Assembly: GCA_963713045.1 (NCBI GenBank) | Contig: CAVQKE010000007.1 | Location: forward strand, 288,001-352,000 | Direction of reading: 5' to 3' | Origin: an uncultured delta proteobacterium | GTDB taxonomy: Bacteria; Myxococcota; Myxococcia; Myxococcales; Myxococcaceae | DNA length: 64,000 nt | Part shown: positions 61,101 to 64,000 of the stretch, piece by piece | How positions within the stretch are numbered: position 1 is the first letter of the stretch | How the letters are laid out: every line of letters begins with the position of its first letter | Made by a program: the position numbers and the translations under genes | The notes under the pieces: model-generated | Database searches by the model: none | Told to the model about the DNA's origin: nothing | What the model saw: only the letters and a program-made list of their open reading frames with translations

Positions 61101-62090
61101 ATGGTTCTCGGACTTGCCGTCTTCTTCTTCGTGGCCTTTGTCGTGACTCTGGGGCTGTTGCTCTTCGGGTCGCACCGCCCCTCCACCTCCACCTCGACGG
61201 ACACCTCTCGGGAGGCTGAGCGCCTCCGAGTGGCGGAAACCGAGGCGGAGCGCCGGCGGCGGGAAAGCGACGAGGTCAAGGCCCAGTGCAATGACTTGCG
61301 GTCCGAGTTGAAGCAGTTGAAGCGCAAACTGCACGAGCAACGGACGGAAGGGCGCAGCGAGCAGGACTTGGTGCGCGCCCGCACCGAGGTGGAACGCAGC
61401 GCCTCCCAGCAGCTGGAAGTGGTGCGCGGCGAGCTGGCCCATGCCCTGGCGGAACTGGCCAAGCTGCGCGCCGACGCCGACGGCCCGCGCGGCCGCGGCC
61501 GACCTGCACCGCTGGCCTCGGCGCCTCCTGCACCCCCTGCGCCGCCGGTGCCCGCGGCGGCGGCGGCTGCGCCAATCCCCGCGCCGGAACCCGAGCGCGC
61601 CACCCGCCGCTTTCGCGAACTGTCGGATTCCGAGAAGGAAAAGCTCGAGCGGCTGGAACATCAAGCCACCCGCGAACGCACCCGCGCCCTTCAATTTCAG
61701 GCCGACGTCCGCCGTCTCAAAGGGCGCACCGAGACGCAGCACCGGGTGTGGGTTGTCACCAAGGGGGAGCTCGACCTTCTCAAGGACAAATTCAAAGCGT
61801 TGGAGAAGCGCCTCAACCGCACCCTGTTGGAGCGGGACCTCCTCAAGCGCGCCATTGGCGAGTTGGAGCGCCGCGGCGGCCTGACCGCCGGGCGCACGGA
61901 GTTGACCCCGGAGGAGATTGCCCTCTCGGACCGAGGCGTCGAGGAGCGCTCGCGCGCCGAAGCCGAAAGGCTGGAGCGGCGGACCACCGCGGCCGGACCT
62001 TCCGAGGCACCGGCCAACGGCACTCCCGAGGCGGAGGGCGTGGGCGAGCACTCCACGGCCGTCCCCGCCGGGCAGGAGAGCGCGAGCTAA
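61101..62090 (+). CDS. Membrane-anchored coiled-coil protein
   Basis: N-terminal TM helix; two long coiled coils separated by a Pro/Ala linker. Confidence 0.7.
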   Translation: MVLGLAVFFFVAFVVTLGLLLFGSHRPSTSTSTDTSREAERLRVAETEAERRRRESDEVKAQCNDLRSELKQLKRKLHEQRTEGRSEQDLVRARTEVERSASQQLEVVRGELAHALAELAKLRADADGPRGRGRPAPLASAPPAPPAPPVPAAAAAAPIPAPEPERATRRFRELSDSEKEKLERLEHQATRERTRALQFQADVRRLKGRTETQHRVWVVTKGELDLLKDKFKALEKRLNRTLLERDLLKRAIGELERRGGLTAGRTELTPEEIALSDRGVEERSRAEAERLERRTTAAGPSEAPANGTPEAEGVGEHSTAVPAGQESAS

Positions 62091-62094
62091 GGCA

Positions 62095-63639
62095 GTGGCC
62101 TCGCGCCCCACCCTCTCACTCGCTACCCGCATTTTCCTCGGCCACGCCGCGGTGCTGTGCACCTTTGGCGTGGTGGCCCTCTTCAGCGTTTCGGAGCTCC
62201 ACCGAAGCCAGCAGGAGATGCGCCTGGTGGGCCAGGGCTACCTGCAGCTTTCCCAGGATGCGGCGGCCCTGGAAAGCCTGGTGAAGAACCAGGCACAGGA
62301 GTCGGCGCAAATTGGGCGAGAAAAAAATGGCGAGGCCCGGGCCGCCCTGATTCAACTCGCGCCCCGGACCTTTCCTCCGCTGCTGCGGCAGCGGTTGGCC
62401 TCGGCTGAGGCCACGCTGCAGGCCATCCGGCTGGACGCTCCGCCCGACGAGAAGCCCACCCTTTTGGAATTGGGCGCCCGGTTGGAGCAGCTGGAGCGGG
62501 CCGTGGACGAGACGGACAGCCTGTCCGCGGATGCCTACCGGCGCCTCGCCGCCGGCGCGCCGGATGCCACCTCAGCGATGGAAGCGCTGGCCGCGCACCA
62601 GGAAACGGTGGCCCGCGCCGTCCGGGCGCTGCGGGCCGCCGTCGAGGCGCGCATTGCCACCCGGGTGGAGCTCGCCGAGCGCCGGGAGAGAAGCCGGGGG
62701 CTGTTAGTCATCGCCCTCACCATTCTCAGCGTGGGCGTGGGGCTGTTGGCCACCGCGCTTTCGGCCCGCTCGCTGGCCCCGGTGCGCACCCTGATTGCCG
62801 GCGTGGGCCGAATCCGCACCGGGGACTACGCTGCCCAGCTGCCGGTGCGCGGGGATGACGAAATTGCCCAGCTGGCGCGGGAATTCAACGCCATGGCCAG
62901 GGAGCTGGCCGAGCGCCAGCGCCAACTGGAGGAAAAGCAGCGCGCGCTCTTGCTGGCCGAGCGCCTTGCGGCAGTGGGGCGCGTCTCGGCCCAAGTGGCC
63001 CATGAAGTCCGCAACCCCCTTTCCTCCATCGGCCTGAATACCGAATTGTTGGAGGAAGCCGTCCGCAAGGCACATTTCTCCGCGAAGTCCGACGAGAGAG
63101 AGGCCCAGCAGCTGCTGGCCGCCATTGCCGGCGAGGTGGACCGCCTCACCGAAGTGACGGACATGTACCTGCGTCTGGGGCGGCTGCCCCACCCAGCCCT
63201 GGTGCCGGAGGACGTCAACCAGCTGCTCGGCCGGGTGCTGGACTTCTCCACCGAGGAATTGGAGCGAGCCGGGGTGAGGGTGGAGCGGGACTTGGACCCC
63301 TCGGCGCCCCGGGCGCTGGCCGATGAAGGGCAGCTGCGGCAGGTCTTCCTTAACCTGCTCCGGAACAGCCGCGAAGCGATGCCGGCGGGCGGCACCCTCC
63401 GCGTCGCCTCCCGCGCAGCGGGGGACGCGGTGGAAGTCACCATTGCCGACAGTGGCGGCGGCATTCCCAAAGAAGCCCAAGGGCGCCTCTTCGAGCCCTT
63501 TTTCTCCACCAAATCCGGAGGCACCGGCTTGGGCCTGGCGCTGGCGCGGCAAATTTTAGAGGCCCACGGCGGCTCCATCGCCTGCACCTCCACCGCCGCC
63601 CAAGGCACCACCTTCCTGCTGCGTGTCCGCCGGGCCTGA
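62095..63639 (+). CDS. HAMP-domain sensor histidine kinase
   Basis: Two TM helices, DEIAQLAREFN HAMP, AHEVRNPL H-box, N/G1/F/G2 boxes. Confidence 0.93.
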   Translation: MASRPTLSLATRIFLGHAAVLCTFGVVALFSVSELHRSQQEMRLVGQGYLQLSQDAAALESLVKNQAQESAQIGREKNGEARAALIQLAPRTFPPLLRQRLASAEATLQAIRLDAPPDEKPTLLELGARLEQLERAVDETDSLSADAYRRLAAGAPDATSAMEALAAHQETVARAVRALRAAVEARIATRVELAERRERSRGLLVIALTILSVGVGLLATALSARSLAPVRTLIAGVGRIRTGDYAAQLPVRGDDEIAQLAREFNAMARELAERQRQLEEKQRALLLAERLAAVGRVSAQVAHEVRNPLSSIGLNTELLEEAVRKAHFSAKSDEREAQQLLAAIAGEVDRLTEVTDMYLRLGRLPHPALVPEDVNQLLGRVLDFSTEELERAGVRVERDLDPSAPRALADEGQLRQVFLNLLRNSREAMPAGGTLRVASRAAGDAVEVTIADSGGGIPKEAQGRLFEPFFSTKSGGTGLGLALARQILEAHGGSIACTSTAAQGTTFLLRVRRA

Positions 63640-63696
63640 GCGCCCCCTCCGCCTTGGGGTGGGGCTGCTACAGTGCCGCCCCTAGCGCCTCTTTCT

Positions 63697-64000
63697 ATGG
63701 ACAGCTTCGTCCGACGCCTGGTGGAGCGCCTCCTCAGCGAGGGAGGGCCGCTTTCGCGCAACCGCCACTTCCACACCTTTGACACCCCCGAAGGGCGCAC
63801 CGCCCTGCGCATGGCCCGGCGACTCCGCGCGTTGCAGCGGGATGTGGCCCGCTGCCTAGCGGAAGGGGGAAGCGTGCAGCTGCGCCGGCTGGTGGACGCT
63901 GAAGTCGCCCGGGCCGAGGAGTTGTGCATCATCCACCGGGTGGGCACCCACCGGGCCTTCCTCTCGCGCGAGGAACTCCAGCTGTTGCGGACGCTGCCTG
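63697..64000 (+). CDS. Hypothetical protein (runs off the window end)
   Basis: Open frame MDSFVRRLVERLLSEGGPLSRNRHFHTFDTPEGR... to the edge. Confidence 0.65.
   Translation, partial: MDSFVRRLVERLLSEGGPLSRNRHFHTFDTPEGRTALRMARRLRALQRDVARCLAEGGSVQLRRLVDAEVARAEELCIIHRVGTHRAFLSREELQLLRTLP

Overview
High-GC bacterial chromosomal DNA whose gene content and order point to a myxobacterium (Myxococcota; inferred). Core blocks are DUF1015, an XRE/ScfR-type regulator, pepA, pyrF, a DsbA-like gene, lpxC, yebC-ruvCAB, dsbD and iscSUA-hscBA-fdx on the left, and a mevalonate operon (fni, HMG-CoA reductase, mvk, mvaD, PMK) plus a histidine kinase on the right. Between them is an accessory region centred on a tRNA-Leu(CAG) gene (30268-30351) that has been used repeatedly for integration. 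The main feature is an 11,379-bp element bounded by a perfect 54-bp direct repeat of the tRNA 3' part (30299-30352 / 41678-41731). It looks like a phage satellite (PICI-like): tyrosine integrase, excisionase, primase-SF3 helicase, an iteron cluster, a terminase-small-subunit-like gene and a lone capsid-cement-like gene, but no capsid, portal or tail genes. Its cargo includes a DUF3467-like gene coupled to a two-domain protein with an ART/RES-like C-terminus (candidate new anti-phage toxin-antitoxin-chaperone-like module) and a stand-alone tandem ClpX zinc-finger protein. A 2.4-kb relic island with a GNAT/DUF1778 toxin-antitoxin pair follows and ends in a third, degenerate att copy. A diverged copy of the tRNA upstream region and 5' half lies to the left. 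Several single-base frameshifts may be assembly errors. All family assignments come from motif recognition by eye; no searches were run.
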